DNA of 64,000 bases from Octopus vulgaris (taxonomy: Eukaryota). Location of the stretch: NCBI GenBank assembly GCA_951406725.2, contig OX597814.1, positions 142,290,001 to 142,354,000 on the forward strand, given 5' to 3'. This document shows positions 40,137 to 54,869 of this stretch, one piece after another. Made by a program: the position numbers and the translations under genes. A model generated the notes under the pieces. It saw nothing but the letters and a program-made list of their open reading frames with translations, ran no database searches and was not told where the DNA came from. Within the stretch, counting starts at the first letter, position 1, and each line of letters opens with the position of its first letter.

Positions 40137-40794
40137 ACTACTACTACTACTACTACTACTCCTACTACTAAAGCAGCTGTATATATACATTTACATGCAG
40201 ATATATATGTATATATATATAATTATATACATTTACATGCAGATATATATGTATATATATGTATATATATAATTAATAATGTCAGGGTAAGAAAACATTT
40301 TAGAAATGTTTTACTGCCAGTGGCCTAGCGTGTAGAAAGATTAGACAATAGACTATATATTATTCATATAAATACAGTGATGGAACCTCTTATGTGTTTA
40401 AATGTACACTATATTTATGAGTATATATATATATATATGTGTGTGCGTGTGTGTGTGTGTACGTATGTGTCTATATATGTGTGTGTGTAATATATTTATA
40501 TTTGCAGGCATATATTTATAGTCTGAATGATTGTCTGTCTATCTCACTCTCTTTCTCTCTCTCTCCCTCACTCACTCACTGTCCCTCTCTCTCTCTCTTT
40601 CTGTATATATGTGTGTGCACGCGCGTGAGTGTGTGTATGTATGCATAGGTATGGATCAGAATCAGTCGTCGACAAAAATATGGTTCAAATTGTTCGAAAG
40701 CATATTGGGTCCGAAAGAAAAACTGATCGAAAACAAATTGATCGAGGAAAAGATGGAATATTCTTGGTAATTTTTATGTTTTTCAAAGAAATTT

Positions 40795-40880
<86 letters not shown>

Positions 40881-41058
40881 ATCGTTTACTAATCTTCGAT
40901 TCAGCTGTCATAACAGACTCAATGTTTTTATGGTGTCAAAATAGGATAGTGTTCAAAGTAAACAAGAAATGCGTGCAAATATACTTCAAATCAGCAAATT
41001 TACACACACATGTACACACACAAACATACACACACATATATGATTCTGATATATATCG

Positions 41059-41102
<44 letters not shown>

Positions 41103-41174
41103 CATATATATATATTGCATGTACCACGTCCTCGCGTTGTTGATTTTTCTGTCCTTTTTTCTCCGTTTTTTATT

Positions 41175-41445
<271 letters not shown>

Positions 41446-41522
41446 GATCTGTCCGACCTCGGAAACCACTCTCCAATTTAAATAACGTCGCTTCTGTTTA
41501 TTGAAGAAACTAATGTTTAAAC

Positions 41523-42138
41523 CAGTTATTCTTAACAAGAGCCCATATGGCTCCTGTGGGTCCATATAAGATTGTGGGGGGGGGGGGCTCACAACAAAAT
41601 AGTAAATTGGGGATCTGCAATAGTAATTTAAGCGCTCCTGAGAAAATTTTACTTTAGATTTATGTATTGGTTTGTATTGCAAGAAACTGTTAGGTTTCTT
41701 TAACCTTTTTACAAAATTCAATCAACACAAATTAATGTGTGAAAAGCAAAATAGGAATTTTAAAAGAAGTTTCTATAAAGCTAGATTTTAAGCATTGAAT
41801 GGCTATGGGGGTCCACCAGAATAAAATAGTAATCAAAGGGGTCCATAGGTCAAAAAAAAAAAAATGGAGGCGCGTGGCTTCATGGTTGGAGTGTTGGACT
41901 CATGATCGTAAGATTGTGGTTTCGATTCATGGACCGGGCGACACGTTGCGTTTTTGAGCAAAACACATCATTTCACGTTGTTCCAGTCCACTCAGCGGGC
42001 AAAAATGAGTAATCTTGCGTCCAGGTGGGGGAATATGTACGCTTTGGAAACTGGCCCTTATGAGTCGGCATGAGTCGCGATGGAGACTTTACTAACTTTA
42101 ACTTTATTTATAGATGAAAAAATTATTGATAACCCCTG
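41523..42138 (+). mobile_element. hAT MITE with a nested SINE (body Y + tail T2 at 41866-42105)
   Basis: Ends CAGTTATTCTTAAC / TTGATAACCCCTG; 8-bp TSD GTTTAAAC / GTCTAAAC; same family as 53229-54024. Confidence 0.8.
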
Positions 42139-42597
42139 GTCTAAACGATAGCTAGATTTTTTTTTTTGTAGCTGAAAGTGTCAATATGAAATTGTGCAAC
42201 AATGTAGCAGATTACCAATAAGTCAGAAATCGACATGTGATGACCTGAAATCGTGCTGAGTCAATTTTTTTTTTTAGTTCAGAAAGTCTGTTTGATTGGT
42301 TAAAAATATCCATGCGGCGTGGAAAACCGGTCAGGCCGTGGGAAGTGGAGTACTGGTTATGCAAACGATGAAAGTATGTGAAAATGATATTCGCAGGAAT
42401 TACATATTCCTGTACAAGTATCGCTGGTAAACATGATCAAATAAATGACAAGAGTCATTAAATGTGGAGAATTAATATTTATTGTATAAACTGCGTTACA
42501 AACTGCAGCATGCTTTGATTTTACGAGTTTGTCAAATTACGTTTTGTTTGAGAATATTAGAACAAAGCATTGCCGTTTGCAACGAAATTATATGTAT

Positions 42598-42696
<99 letters not shown>

Positions 42697-42814
42697 ATCA
42701 ATCCAAACATGAACAAGCAAGAAAAAACAACAACGCGAGGACGTGGAATAAATACAGTGTTATTGGACCCTCAGGAAAAGAAAGAAAAGAAAGAGGATTT
42801 ATATATCATTAGGG

Positions 42815-42960
42815 ATGTCTACATCACTTGACCAATTCCAGTGAACCAAGTAGCTAATCTCTGTTTACATACACAAGTCTAATGGCTTCAGAGATATGGA
42901 GCTATGAATTTGCATACTATAACACATTATAATATGCAAATTAGTAGTCGTCTAACTGAT
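42815..42960. repeat. unclassified dispersed repeat; inverted copy at about 50100-50205
   Basis: GTCTACATCACTTGACCAAT...GTAGCTAATCT...ACAAGTC...GAGCTA..AATTTGCATAC aligns to the reverse complement of 50100-50205. Confidence 0.6.
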
Positions 42961-43329
42961 TCCTAACCACCACCACCCCACACACACATGCAGGTTTGAT
43001 GGATGAATGCTATGTACAAAACTTCCAGCCCACAAGCCACTTTGTAACTGTCTGCCAATTAAAAATAATCTTTTTCACTCTCCACCTCTCTTATCTCTGT
43101 GTGTGCGTATGTGTTTGTGCATGTTTGTGCGCTTGTGCATTTGTGTGTGTGTGCTCCTGTGTGTTTGTGCATGTGCGTGTGTGTGTATGTACGTGTAGTC
43201 ATCTAATCATACTCACACACATACGCACACAAATTTACATGAATGAAAGAGATCCAACCCTGGAAACAGATGTATAACGACACAAAATAAGAAGTCACTA
43301 TATCAAGTCTAGCTCCTTGTAGGAGTATG

Positions 43330-44870
43330 TTTGTCTCCACATATCGTTCACTTATAAACATCACCTTAGTTTTTGTCGTAAATCTAAAATCAGTGCAAGC
43401 ACTAGAAAAGTTTTGAAATGGATTCCACCGAGGTGTCACGTGGTCACAATCCTCTGCATATAGCAAATGACGAAGATGAATTACAAAGATCTTTGTTTTA
43501 GATTTGAAGCAATTCGAATTGAATAGTTTACCTGTTGTGCAATAACGAACAAAGACACCTATTTGACAGACCTAAAACGCATGGACAATTACTACAGCAA
43601 GGTATACAAAAAATAAAGTCGGTGCAGGATGGTATTAATGTCCACAGCAATCGATCCTGATTGAACACTAAAATTGATGTAGGCCTTCATACCAGTGTGC
43701 AATTAGACAAACATATCAATCAGGTTAAGCGGATACTACAACTTTTCGAGAATATTCCACATTGCAATTTTATTCACCGTATCAAAAGCGTTCGTTTGGT
43801 TCACAAAAACTTGATGAAGTGGGAGATATTTCTTTATTTACTTTTCCTGTATCTGTGTGACACTGTTTGCCGTACCTCTACAAAATCTAACTTAATATTA
43901 AGGCTCTGGAACATCGATGGGACATATGTTTGTCTGAAACAATTCAACGAAAATCTGGTGAATATTCTACCAACAGTTACAAGTGAAGAAATACTACGAA
44001 AGTTACGGCAGTTTAATTCCTTTGTAAAGTGAAATCAATATTGCATGTATTGATCCCTGTGGAGCTGGTGAACCAATACATATATTGGCAATCAATGTTA
44101 TTAGTCACGAATTCAGTCATTCTACAAACATCAGGCTTAATAATCTCAGACAGAATTCTTGGGGCTATTTTCCGGAATTGATCAGTTTAACGGCAATTTG
44201 GATTACCTCTTTTTTTCTTTAGGAATATCTATTTCCTCAATAGCATAGTACTGAAGAATTCTTTTGTAACATTTTCATTCATTATGGTTGGATGAAAGGC
44301 CATTGGGAAAGACTCTGTCAATCAATTCAAAATACCCTCGAATTCATTGATCAAAGTCGACCCGTCTTTAGATCAGAGAGGAGCAATAGATGAAGGACGA
44401 ACAACAAATAGCTGTTTTAACAAACTACGTGGTTTGGGGATCCATTTTTATCAAAGCCAATTAGATATCTGGGTATACACTTGAACACTTTCTTCACGGT
44501 CCTGAATTCTATCTCTTGTAATTCTTTCTCCTGAATTCTATCTCTTTAATTCGACAATCACTATGATGTTCCAGCGAGTTTTCTGATGCTGTTTCAAATG
44601 CGTTATAATTAATCAATTTTTAGTGAAATTTATGCTTGGTATGTGGGAGTTTAGATATTTCTGCATCATTTTTATCAAACCAATTCTGGTGATTCTATGT
44701 CTTAAAGCCTAGAATACAAACAGAAATGGTATAAACATTTTGTTTGATTATTCTTGAACCATCAAAAAGTTAATTAGCAAGAGCTTCACAAAGGATTGCC
44801 GAAATAAAGGGATTATGGAGTTTGATAGCATTCAACTGCTTTGTATTATATAATCTAAACTTATTTCTTA
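43330..44870 (-). mobile_element. decayed RTE-clade (BovB-like) LINE RT region
   Basis: HQNWFDKNDAEI, PL.SKDGSTLI, CRNFRSISSL.TVGRIF, NAFDTVN..AMWNILEK, APTLF, GVFVRYCTTGKLFN, LLYAEDC, KTKVM. Confidence 0.88.
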
Positions 44871-44907
44871 CAACCAAACTATATATATACACACACACGC
44901 ATATGAA

Positions 44908-45268
44908 GGCGGCGAGCTGGCAGAAACGTTAGCATGCCGGGCGAAATGCTCAGCGGTATTTCGTTCTGAGTTCAAATTTTGCCGAGGTCGATTTTGCCTT
45001 TCATCCTTTCGGAGGTCGATAAATTAAGTACCAGTTACGCACTGGGGTCGATTAATCGACTTAATCCGTTTGTCTGTCCTTGTTTGTCCTCTCTGTGTTT
45101 AGCCCCTTGTGGGTAGTAAAGAAATAGGTATTTCGTCTGTCTTCATGTTCTGAGTCCAAGTTCTGCCGAGGTCGATAGATTAAGTACCAGTTACGTACTG
45201 GGGTCGATCTAATCGACTAGAACCCTTCCCGAAAATTTCGGGCTTTGTGCCTAGAGTAGAAAAGAATA
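44908..45268 (+). mobile_element. SINE-A dimer (alpha then beta tail)
   Basis: Head at 44908; junction GAAATA|GGTATTTCG at 45126/45127. Confidence 0.9.
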
Positions 45269-45344
45269 TCACTGAAAGCCATCGGTTGCTTCCGAGATTG
45301 CATCAGGATAGTCAATGAGTCTGAGGACAGTTTTACTGAGAACC

Positions 45345-45467
45345 TTTCTTTCTTTCTTTCCTTCTTTTTCTTTCTTTCCTTCTTTTTCTTTCTTTCCTTC
45401 TTTTTCTTCTTTCCTTCTTTTTCTTTCTTTCCTTCTTTTTCTTTCTTTCCTTCTTTTTCTTTCTTTT

Positions 45468-45531
<64 letters not shown>

Positions 45532-45625
45532 TACCGTAAGATAAGTAGATAAAACATTTTTCTAAAAACGTTTTTTTTTCCTTGTTAATGTCAATCACCT
45601 AGCACATTCCATATACGAATATATA

Positions 45626-45665
<40 letters not shown>

Positions 45666-46090
45666 GTGTGTGTTTGCGTCCGTGTTTGTGTGCGTGTGTT
45701 TGTGTGCGTGTGATTGTGTTTGTGTGTGTGTATGTGTGTATTTATGTGCGTGTGTTTGTGTGCGTGTTTGTATATGTTTGTGTGTGTATGCGTGTGTTGC
45801 GTGTGTTTGTGTGTTTGTGTGTGTGTGTTTGTGTGTGTTGTGTGTGTGTGTTTGTGTGCGTATTTGTGGGTGTTTGTGTGTGTATGTGTGTGTTTCTGCG
45901 TGTGTTTCTACGTGTTTATGTGCGTATTTGTGTGTGTTTGTGTGTGTATGTGTGTGTTTCTGTGTGTGTTTGCATGTGTTTGTGTGCGTATTTGTTGTAT
46001 GTGTGCGTTTGTGTGTGTGTGTGTGTGTGTTTGTGTGTGTTTTTGTGTGTATGTGTGTGTTTGAGTGTGTGTTTGTGTGTGTTTGTATAT
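45345..46090. repeat. pyrimidine (TTTC)n tract with an 18-bp higher-order unit, followed by a long degenerate (GT)n tract
   Basis: TTTCTTTCCTTCTTTTTC repeats at 45345-45532; GT-rich cryptic repeat at 45629-46090. Confidence 0.85.
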
Positions 46091-46467
46091 ACGAGTGTGA
46101 TGAGTTCTTTATATCAAAATAGATAGAGATCAATAACATACTGGATTCGATACCACCGACTAAAACCCTCCGAGGCAGAGCCCCAGCTTGGCCGTCGTCC
46201 AAAGAGTGGAATTAGTAAAAGAATAAAAGAATAAATGGGATGGATTGCCACATACAATCTGTGACCTATAAATAGGCTTCGCCTTCATTATGGCATCTGT
46301 TCACCATTATCTCCCCTAACCATTGGCAAAGAGAATAGCGACAAAGAATAATTGAACCAATGATTCTATCGACAAAGTCAACCGTGAAGTCGGAAATTGA
46401 AGAATTTAGGACTGAACGGAACTATCAAGGAGAGAAATTAGCGGCAAAATACACGAGCACACGTGCA

Positions 46468-46514
<47 letters not shown>

Positions 46515-46545
46515 ACATGTACAAACATAAGCATGCACACATATA

Positions 46546-46699
46546 GGCGTAGGAGTGGCTGTGTGGTAAGTAACTTGCTTACGAACCATATGGTTCTGGG
46601 TTCAGCCCCACTGTGTGTCACCTTGGGCAAGTGTCTTCTACTATAGCCTTGTGAGTGGATTTGGTAGACGGAAACTGAAAGAAGCCCGTCGTATATACG

Positions 46700-46732
<33 letters not shown>

Positions 46733-46978
46733 ATGTATGTATGTGTGTGTGTATATATGTTTATGTGTCTGTGTTTGTCCCCCCAACATCGCTTGACAAC
46801 CGATGCTGATGTGTTTACGTCTCCGTCACTTAGCAGTTCGGCAAAAGAGACCGATAGAATAAGTACTAGGCTTACAAAGAATAAGTCCTGGGGTCGATTT
46901 GCTCGACTAAAGGCGGTGCTCCAGCATGGCCCCAGAGAAATGACTGAAACAAATAAAAGAGTAAAAAGAGTAAGAGTA
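46546..46978 (+). mobile_element. full-length CORE-type SINE (family C) with internal microsatellite
   Basis: GGCGTAGGAGTGGCTGTGTGGTAAG head, ACCTTGGGCAAGTGT, internal (TA)(TG) tract, tail ending (TAAAAGAG)n. Further partial copies at 1-60, 3360-3520(-), 47070-47230, 48180-48420 and 48690-48820. Confidence 0.9.
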
Positions 46979-47940
46979 TATACATCACAATACACCATAG
47001 GGTGTCTGTAGAAATAGTAGCTAAATCTCCCTTAAATTACACCCGATTATATTTTTTTAAAATATGGGGCAGGCATGGTTGTGTGTTAAGAATATCGTTA
47101 TGCAATTACGTGGCTTTGAGTTCAATTTCTGCGCACCGCATCTTAGGCAACTTTCTTCTATTCTAGCTTCGGGTTGACCAATCCCTTAAGAGTCAATCTG
47201 GTAGACGGAAAGTGTGTGGAAGCCCGTCGTATATATATGTATATTGTTGCTTGTTCCTTCTCGAGTCGATCTTGGCTCATGAGGGCCGGTTTCTCGGTTT
47301 CATTGGCGTATAGGTTCCTTACCTGGGCGGCGAAATTTCTTTTCCCACGAGAGTTCCGGAACCCAGTCATGAACTCATTTGGATACAGCCAATCAAAGCT
47401 CAACTATGAAACTAGTGTCCACTTAGTCACGAAAATACTCTGGTTGACTTCAGTGGAAAATGTGCATTGTAGTAAAATCTAACTGCTCTAAATGGGTTTA
47501 ATAGGTGTAACAAATGTGAAATTTAGTATATAAAGTGAATGGAGAGCTGTTCACCGATAAGTGTTGCCAATTTGCGTAATTTGCTGGAAAATGTAAATGA
47601 GTGTAGCTTCCTAATTTTTTGATTGATTTTATATATTCCTAATTTAAAATGTTGGTGTTGATCTCGGAACATCGTAATCAATATGGCGTTGTGTCGTATT
47701 GCGCCCTCCTTGTATATATCAATAGGTATATGCAGTATCACTAATCTCAGTTTGAGCATAGGTACCTAATATTAGCTTCGTATAGAGCTGGTGCTCGATT
47801 GATCTATGAGGATTGTAGGGGAGAATGTGGTGGTGGTGGTGTGGTAGGAGAATGAGTTCATTACTGGGTTCCGGAATTTTCGTGGGAAAAAAATTTCACT
47901 GACGAGATGCCGGCCTGTCTCAGGTGATATATATATATAT

Positions 47941-48217
<277 letters not shown>

Positions 48218-48819
48218 ATATGTTTGTGCGTCTGTGTTTGTCTGCCCCACCATCGCATGACAACCGAAGTTGGTGTGTTTACGTCCCCATAACTTAGCAG
48301 TTCAGCAAAAAGGACAGATAGAATAAGTACTAAGCTTACAAAGAACAAGTCCTGGTGTCGATTTATTCGACTAAACGCAGTGCTCCAGCATGGCCTCATT
48401 CAAAAGACTGAAAGAAGCAAAAGAATGAAAGAATAAAAGAAAAACGAATACTGCATAATGAAAGTAGAATTAGATACACAATAATGAAAAAAGCGAGAGG
48501 GACATGCCATGAATGGAACGCCAAAATAACAATCGACCAGGTGTTAAAGAAGACAATGGCAAACCCTGCCACATACACACACACACACGCACGCGCACAT
48601 ATACATGCACACACACACGCACGCACGCTCGCACTCGCACGCACAAACACACACAAGCGAAAAGTCTGTGAAACACTTTTTCGTGGGTATGGGAATGACT
48701 ATGCGGTTAAAAAGTTCGCTTCGCAAGCACATGGTCTCAGGTTCGACTCCACTGCATGGCATCTTGGCTGACCGATAACTTGTAGCTGAAATTAGCTAAC
48801 GGAATGTGTGTGGAAGCCC

Positions 48820-48882
<63 letters not shown>

Positions 48883-48957
48883 CCTCCCTCTCTCTTTCTC
48901 TCTCTCTCCCCACCGCTTTCTCTTTTTCTCATACACATATCAACATATCTCTGTAAT

Positions 48958-49234
48958 AACCAGACTATCGAATATTGTTGTACAACGCTGGTCACAGTGC
49001 GCTTCCTCGCATTGTGGTATCTTTCGAGTGATTCCACCTCATTGGCTAAGCAGGCAGACAGGTAGGCTGGTAAGCCTGCGGTCTATGATAGGGTTTCCTA
49101 TTCACAGGTGAGTGGACTGGAGCAACATGAGGTGAAGTGTCTTGCTCAAGAACACAATACCCCGCCACCACCGATCGAAATCACGATTTTGAGGTCTTGA
49201 GTAAAACACATTAACCACTAGGCCATGCATCTTC
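48958..49234 (-). mobile_element. tRNA-derived SINE, body Y + tail T3
   Basis: Minus strand: TGGCCTAGTGGTT...GAGCAAGACACTTCACCTCATGTTGCTCCAGTCCACTC...GCTTAGCCAA...CAATGCGAGGAAGCGCACTGTGACCAGCG. Confidence 0.78.
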
Positions 49235-49587
49235 ACACAAACACAAACACAGACACAAGCACACACGCACATACACACACACACACACACGCATACACAT
49301 ACTCAAAGCAATGGCACGCATATTTATTTTTAATACGTTCCTGCAGAAAAGACCACTGATATGCTGATGAGATAAAATATGTCGAATCAGCGGTGTTCCA
49401 GAATGCTTTGCACCAATGACTCGAGTGTGTTATGAACATATAGTCGTGGTAAAAAGAAGCTGTTACTCTGACGTACACAACAGCGAATAACGTATCTATG
49501 TTCAAATCTTCAGGAACGTATGAAGAATAAATATGCAAGCCATCGTAACTAATCTCGCTGTTCACAGTGCAAATAAAGATTTGCATA

Positions 49588-49802
49588 AGAGGGGTGCTGA
49601 AAAGTTCCTGGCTTTGCGTAAAAGAAAATACAAGAAGATCAGTTAATTAGGATTTTATTCAACATACTCCCTTCTCAGATTCGCACACTTATTGCACCGG
49701 TCCTTCGGTCTTTCTAAGCCTTCTAGAAGAATTCAGAAGGTTGGGCCTCCAGCCAGGCCTTTCACGATACTCTTAAAGCCAGGAACTTTTCAGCACCGCT
49801 CT
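49588..49802. mobile_element. mariner-type MITE
   Basis: TIRs AGAGGGGTGCTGAAAAGTTCCTGGCTTT / AAAGCCAGGAACTTTTCAGCACCGCTCT; TA TSD. Confidence 0.85.
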
Positions 49803-49810
49803 TATATTAT

Positions 49811-50012
49811 TTATTTCTTTACTACCCACAAGGGGCTAACCACAGAGGGAACAAACAAGGACAGACAAACGGATTAAGTCGATTATATCGACCCCGAAAG
49901 GATGAAAGGCAAAGTCGACCTCGGCGGAATTTGAACTCAGGACGTAGCGGCAGGCGAAATACCGCTAAGCATTTCGCCCGGCGTACTAACGTTTCTGCCA
50001 GCTCGCCGCCTT
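49811..50012 (-). mobile_element. SINE-A monomer with alpha tail and 16-bp TSD
   Basis: TSD ACCGCTCTTATATTAT at 49795-49810 and 50013-50028, duplicating the MITE end. Confidence 0.92.
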
Positions 50013-51200
50013 ACCGCTCTTATATTATATTATACGTTGATACTAGGTGGACTGAGATTCCCATTGACAGGTCGCTGATATCAAATAAAATGTCAAACAC
50101 TTATGGTATGCAAATTAGTAGCTCTACTTCTCTGGACATAGGACTTGTTGTGTACATAAATAGATTGGCTACGTCTTTCTTTGTGATTGGTTAAGTGAAA
50201 TAGACAACCTCTGATGAGATCCCAATAAGATTCGAAAATCAATGAACAGAGTACTTAAATGTGTCCTATATGTATGTCTACTACGAAGGTTTTCTCACAC
50301 ACGCACGCACACGTACACATCCACACCCATACACACACACCTTCTCCTGGACGTACGACCGAGTTCCGTTCCGACTGACAGGCCGTAAGTCGATCTGATC
50401 GTATGTCGGATTTATATTTATTAATGCTATTTTCACTCATACGGGTTATAAAAATATAAAACGCAAAAATTTAACCCATAATTATTGTACATTATGTGAA
50501 AAATACATATGTACTTTATTGTACTGTAAACAAAAGTACAATCTTTTTAGATTAATGTAAACATTATTACAAAGAAAATTCCGCATACATACAATTAAAA
50601 AATTGCTCCTCTGAAAAATGTGCGACTGAAAATAAACTTTTAACCTTCACAATGATGTTCTTGGGTTAAGGTAGATGGTTTTTCGTGGAACATGGCGAGC
50701 TTTGTTGGAATAGCTTGTTCCCCCACCCTTTTTTTTCATCATATATCTTACGATAACAACGCACAGCATCTTGAATGATACGTTTATTCATTATGGTCGT
50801 AAGAACGGATGATCGTAAGTATGGATGGTCGTAAGTACGGATGGTCGTAATCGCATAGATCGTATGTCGATGTGGTGTATATGTTGTATATGTGTATATG
50901 TCTGTTTGCGTCTGTCGCTGGGTGAACAGCATTTTGAACAAAAAAAAAGAAAAAGAGAAAAAGTGCTCCCTGTGTTTATGTCCCGTGACCTATCGGTTCG
51001 ACATCAAATGATCGCTAACATAAGCAGCAGACATACAAATAAACGCAGGTGTCGATGCGATCGCCTGCAACTCTTTGAGGCGGTACTCCATCCAGTATGA
51101 CCGTACTCCAGCGACTAGAAGAAATCAGTGTCTATGTTCACGGTTTAACCGTGGTCCCAGTGGATACCTTTGATCCAAAATTAAACTGAAAAGAACACCA

Positions 51201-51235
<35 letters not shown>

Positions 51236-51713
51236 TACTACTACTACTACTACTATCACCTCCACCTCCACCGCCATCACCGCCGTCCCTGTGAAATAAC
51301 AGCAGCTGCTGAAGCCATCTTATTTACTAATTTGTTGCCACAGCGAAACATTATATATACTCCCTCCCCACCCCTGTCACAGAGGGCGAGTAGCTTAAAT
51401 CTATTTAATGACCACCACCACAGCAACAACCACAACCACCACCGCCGCTACTGCCGCCACCGCCGCCATCACAGCCACCCCCATCATGTCTTTAATCTTA
51501 AGCATTCCTAAGCACACTTTACTTTCGCTTTACTAAGTCCTTATGATGAGGTTTTATTACACTGGTGCTAAATAGAATCTATAAACGTCACAACCATTTC
51601 CACCACCACTACTACTACTATCACCACCACCACCACCACTACTACCACCATTACTATTACCACGTCGTCGCCATGCTCTCTCTGATCTAACTGCCGTTAT
51701 ATTATGAACACCA

Positions 51714-51752
<39 letters not shown>

Positions 51753-51762
51753 GCTGCTGCTG

Positions 51763-51808
<46 letters not shown>

Positions 51809-51970
51809 ACTCACCGCCACCATCACCGTCACCGCCACTTCTCAATCTCAGCAGTTGCACCAAAGATGACGGTAAAGTTATGATGATTAATTGTCACCAG
51901 AGCGTCACTTCCGCTTTTCCTATGGCTTCACTGTCAAAACGAAATGCTGAAATTATTGCACCAGGCTCCC

Positions 51971-52077
<107 letters not shown>

Positions 52078-52322
52078 ATATATCTATCAATCTATCTATC
52101 TATCTATCCATTTGTCTGTCTGTCTGTCTATTTATCTATCTATCTATCTAGGTAACTATTTGTCTGCCTGTCTTTCTGTCTGTCTGTATGTATGTGTGTA
52201 CGGATGAATTGATTTCTAACTTTATTATGTCTCGTCTCGTATACCTCTCCCTCTTTCCCTTCTGTTCTTCCTCCCTCTGACCCTCTCTCTCTTTCAGTAT
52301 TAATGTATTTACCTTCGTAGCT

Positions 52323-52402
<80 letters not shown>

Positions 52403-52612
52403 AGTGTGTATATGTACATATGTGTGTGCATGTGTATATGTGTATGTGTGTGTATGTGTGTTTCTCTGTGTGTGTGTACGCTTTCATTACTATCTGTTTA
52501 TCTATCTATCTATATATATATATATCTAATTCCTGTCTGTGTGTCTACTTGTATGCCTGTCTGCACGTCTATCAATTTGTCTCTTTTTGTCTATGTATAT
52601 ATGTATCTGCAA

Positions 52613-52675
<63 letters not shown>

Positions 52676-53228
52676 CACACACATACACAACACGCACACG
52701 CACACGCACGTACCCACACACCTACACTTCACACTCATACATCAAATTGAAGCTAATTTTCCTAATTATTTTCATTATTGAAAGCCAACCCTAACAAGTA
52801 AGTAATTGAATTAACCAATCTACCAATGCCGAAATATTATTTCGCTAAAAGAGAGACCATCATTTACGCAGTAACAGAAACTGCTAGAAATCGCCGCCAA
52901 TCAAATTCCACCTAAATAATTTAAAGGAAACAACAACCCAAAACAAAAGATGCAACCAAGATAATTTAGTTTTAGTAGATTTTTTTTCTTACCTTAAACT
53001 GTTGGATTGGTAGTTAGGGCGTCGGACAAAAATCCTGACGGTGTTTTTTTTTTTTTTAACTTTTTACGATCTGAGTTCAAATTCCAACCAGGTGAGCTTT
53101 GGCTCTCGTGGTTTGGGAGTAGATGTAATAAAGTGCCAGTCAAATATTGGGAAAAGTTTACTCGGTTAAATTCCTCAGTTCAAAATAACTGACTTTGTAC
53201 TTTTGTTAGGAACAATTATGCATTAAAA

Positions 53229-53635
53229 CAGTAGTTCTCAACCATTTTCTTAAAAACCTATATGATGCCTTAGACTGCGATTTTATTCTGGTGGCCCCCA
53301 TAGTTATACAAAGCTAGTTTTATAGACACTTCTTTCAAAATTCCCATTTTATTTTTCTCACGTTTATTTGTATAGGTTTGCAAAAGGCCTCAGTGAGAGA
53401 GCGTGTTTCAGTTGCTGGAAATATGTTAAACTATTTCTTTTACTTGTTTCAGTCATTTGACTGTGGCCATGCCGGAACAGCACCTTTAGTCGAACAAATC
53501 GACCCCAGGACTTATACTTTATAAGCTAATTCTACTTATTCTATCGGTCACTTTTTGCCTAACTGCTAATGAAACGTAAACACACCAACATCGGTTGCCA
53601 AGTGATGGTGTTGGAGGGGACAAACACAGACACAA

Positions 53636-53675
<40 letters not shown>

Positions 53676-54024
53676 TTGACAAGCTTCTTTCAGTTTCCGT
53701 CTACCAAATTCAATCACAAGGCTTTGGTCGGCCCGAGGCTATAGTAGAAGACCAAGGTGCCACGCAGGGGGCTGAACTCGGAACCATGTGGCTGGCAAGC
53801 AAGCTACTTACCATACAGCCACTCCTGCGCCGATATGCAAAACATTAGAAAAAGAAACCTAGCTGTTTCTTGCAATAAATACATCTAACGCAAATTTTTT
53901 TATGGACCCTTAAAATACTTCTGTGAATCCCCAATTTACTATTTTGCTTAAATGGGCCCTTAAAATTCTTATATGACACCCCCACCTATCTAAGGTTCAT
54001 ATGGACCCCAATTCAAAACCACTG
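53229..54024 (-). mobile_element. hAT MITE with a nested full CORE SINE (53435-53831, minus)
   Basis: Ends CAGTAGTTCTCAA / TTCAAAACCACTG; TSD CATTAAAA / CATCAAAC; shares AAAATAGTAAATTGGGGA and TTGCAAGAAAC..TAGGTTTC with 41523-42138. Confidence 0.8.
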
Positions 54025-54308
54025 CATCAAACAGACTAATGATGGCTTGAACATGTGTCGTCATAAGTTTGTGCAAGCAGGAATGACCTGGAGCTAAACG
54101 GCGATAATATCACAATTTACAAGCCAAAAGGAGAACCTGTGTGTCAGTCATAACGAAGATTTGTCTCGAATTGTTTTGGTAGTACGACCTGTATGATGAT
54201 GAGCTATGTCTCGTGCGGGCCGCTTCTCGAAAAAAGATGTCTAAGCCTGCTCTATGTTGTCGATCAGCCTACTAGATATAGCAGCCAAAGCTCCCTCAAA
54301 TTAGATTC

Positions 54309-54722
54309 TTATTTCTTTATTGTCCACAAGGGGCTAAACATAGAAGGAGCAAGCAAAGACAGACAAAGGGACTAAGTCGATTACATCGACCCCAGTGTGA
54401 GCTGGTACTTATTTAATCCACCCCAAAGGATGAAAGCTAAGTCAACTTCGGCGGAATTTGAACTTAGAACGTAGCGGCAGATGAAATACCTATTTCTTTA
54501 CTACCCACAAGGGGCTAAACCCAGAGGGGACAAACAAGGACAGACGAACGGATTAAGTCGATTACATCGACCCCAGTGCGTAACTGGTGCTTAATTTATC
54601 GACCCCGAAAGGACGAAAGGCAAAGTCGACCTCAGCGGAATTTGAACTCAGAACGCAGCGGCAAACGAAATACCGCCAAGCATTTCGCCCGGCGTGCTAA
54701 CGTTTCTGCCAGCTCGCCGCCT
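54309..54722 (-). mobile_element. SINE-A dimer, both units alpha-tailed, 13-bp TSD
   Basis: TSD CCCTCAAATTAGA at 54293-54305 and 54725-54737; junction at 54490/54491. Confidence 0.92.
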
Positions 54723-54838
54723 TACCCTCAAATTAGAGTTCTATTGCCGTGGACAATAGGAAAGACGTCCAATTAGCATAATGTACTTTTGAATACATTA
54801 TACTATACCGAAAATGAATGAATGACTAAATAAATATA

Positions 54839-54869
<31 letters not shown>

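Noticed and set aside
43661-44032. 123-aa plus-strand ORF
   Set aside because: Antisense shadow of the minus-strand RTE reverse transcriptase relic.
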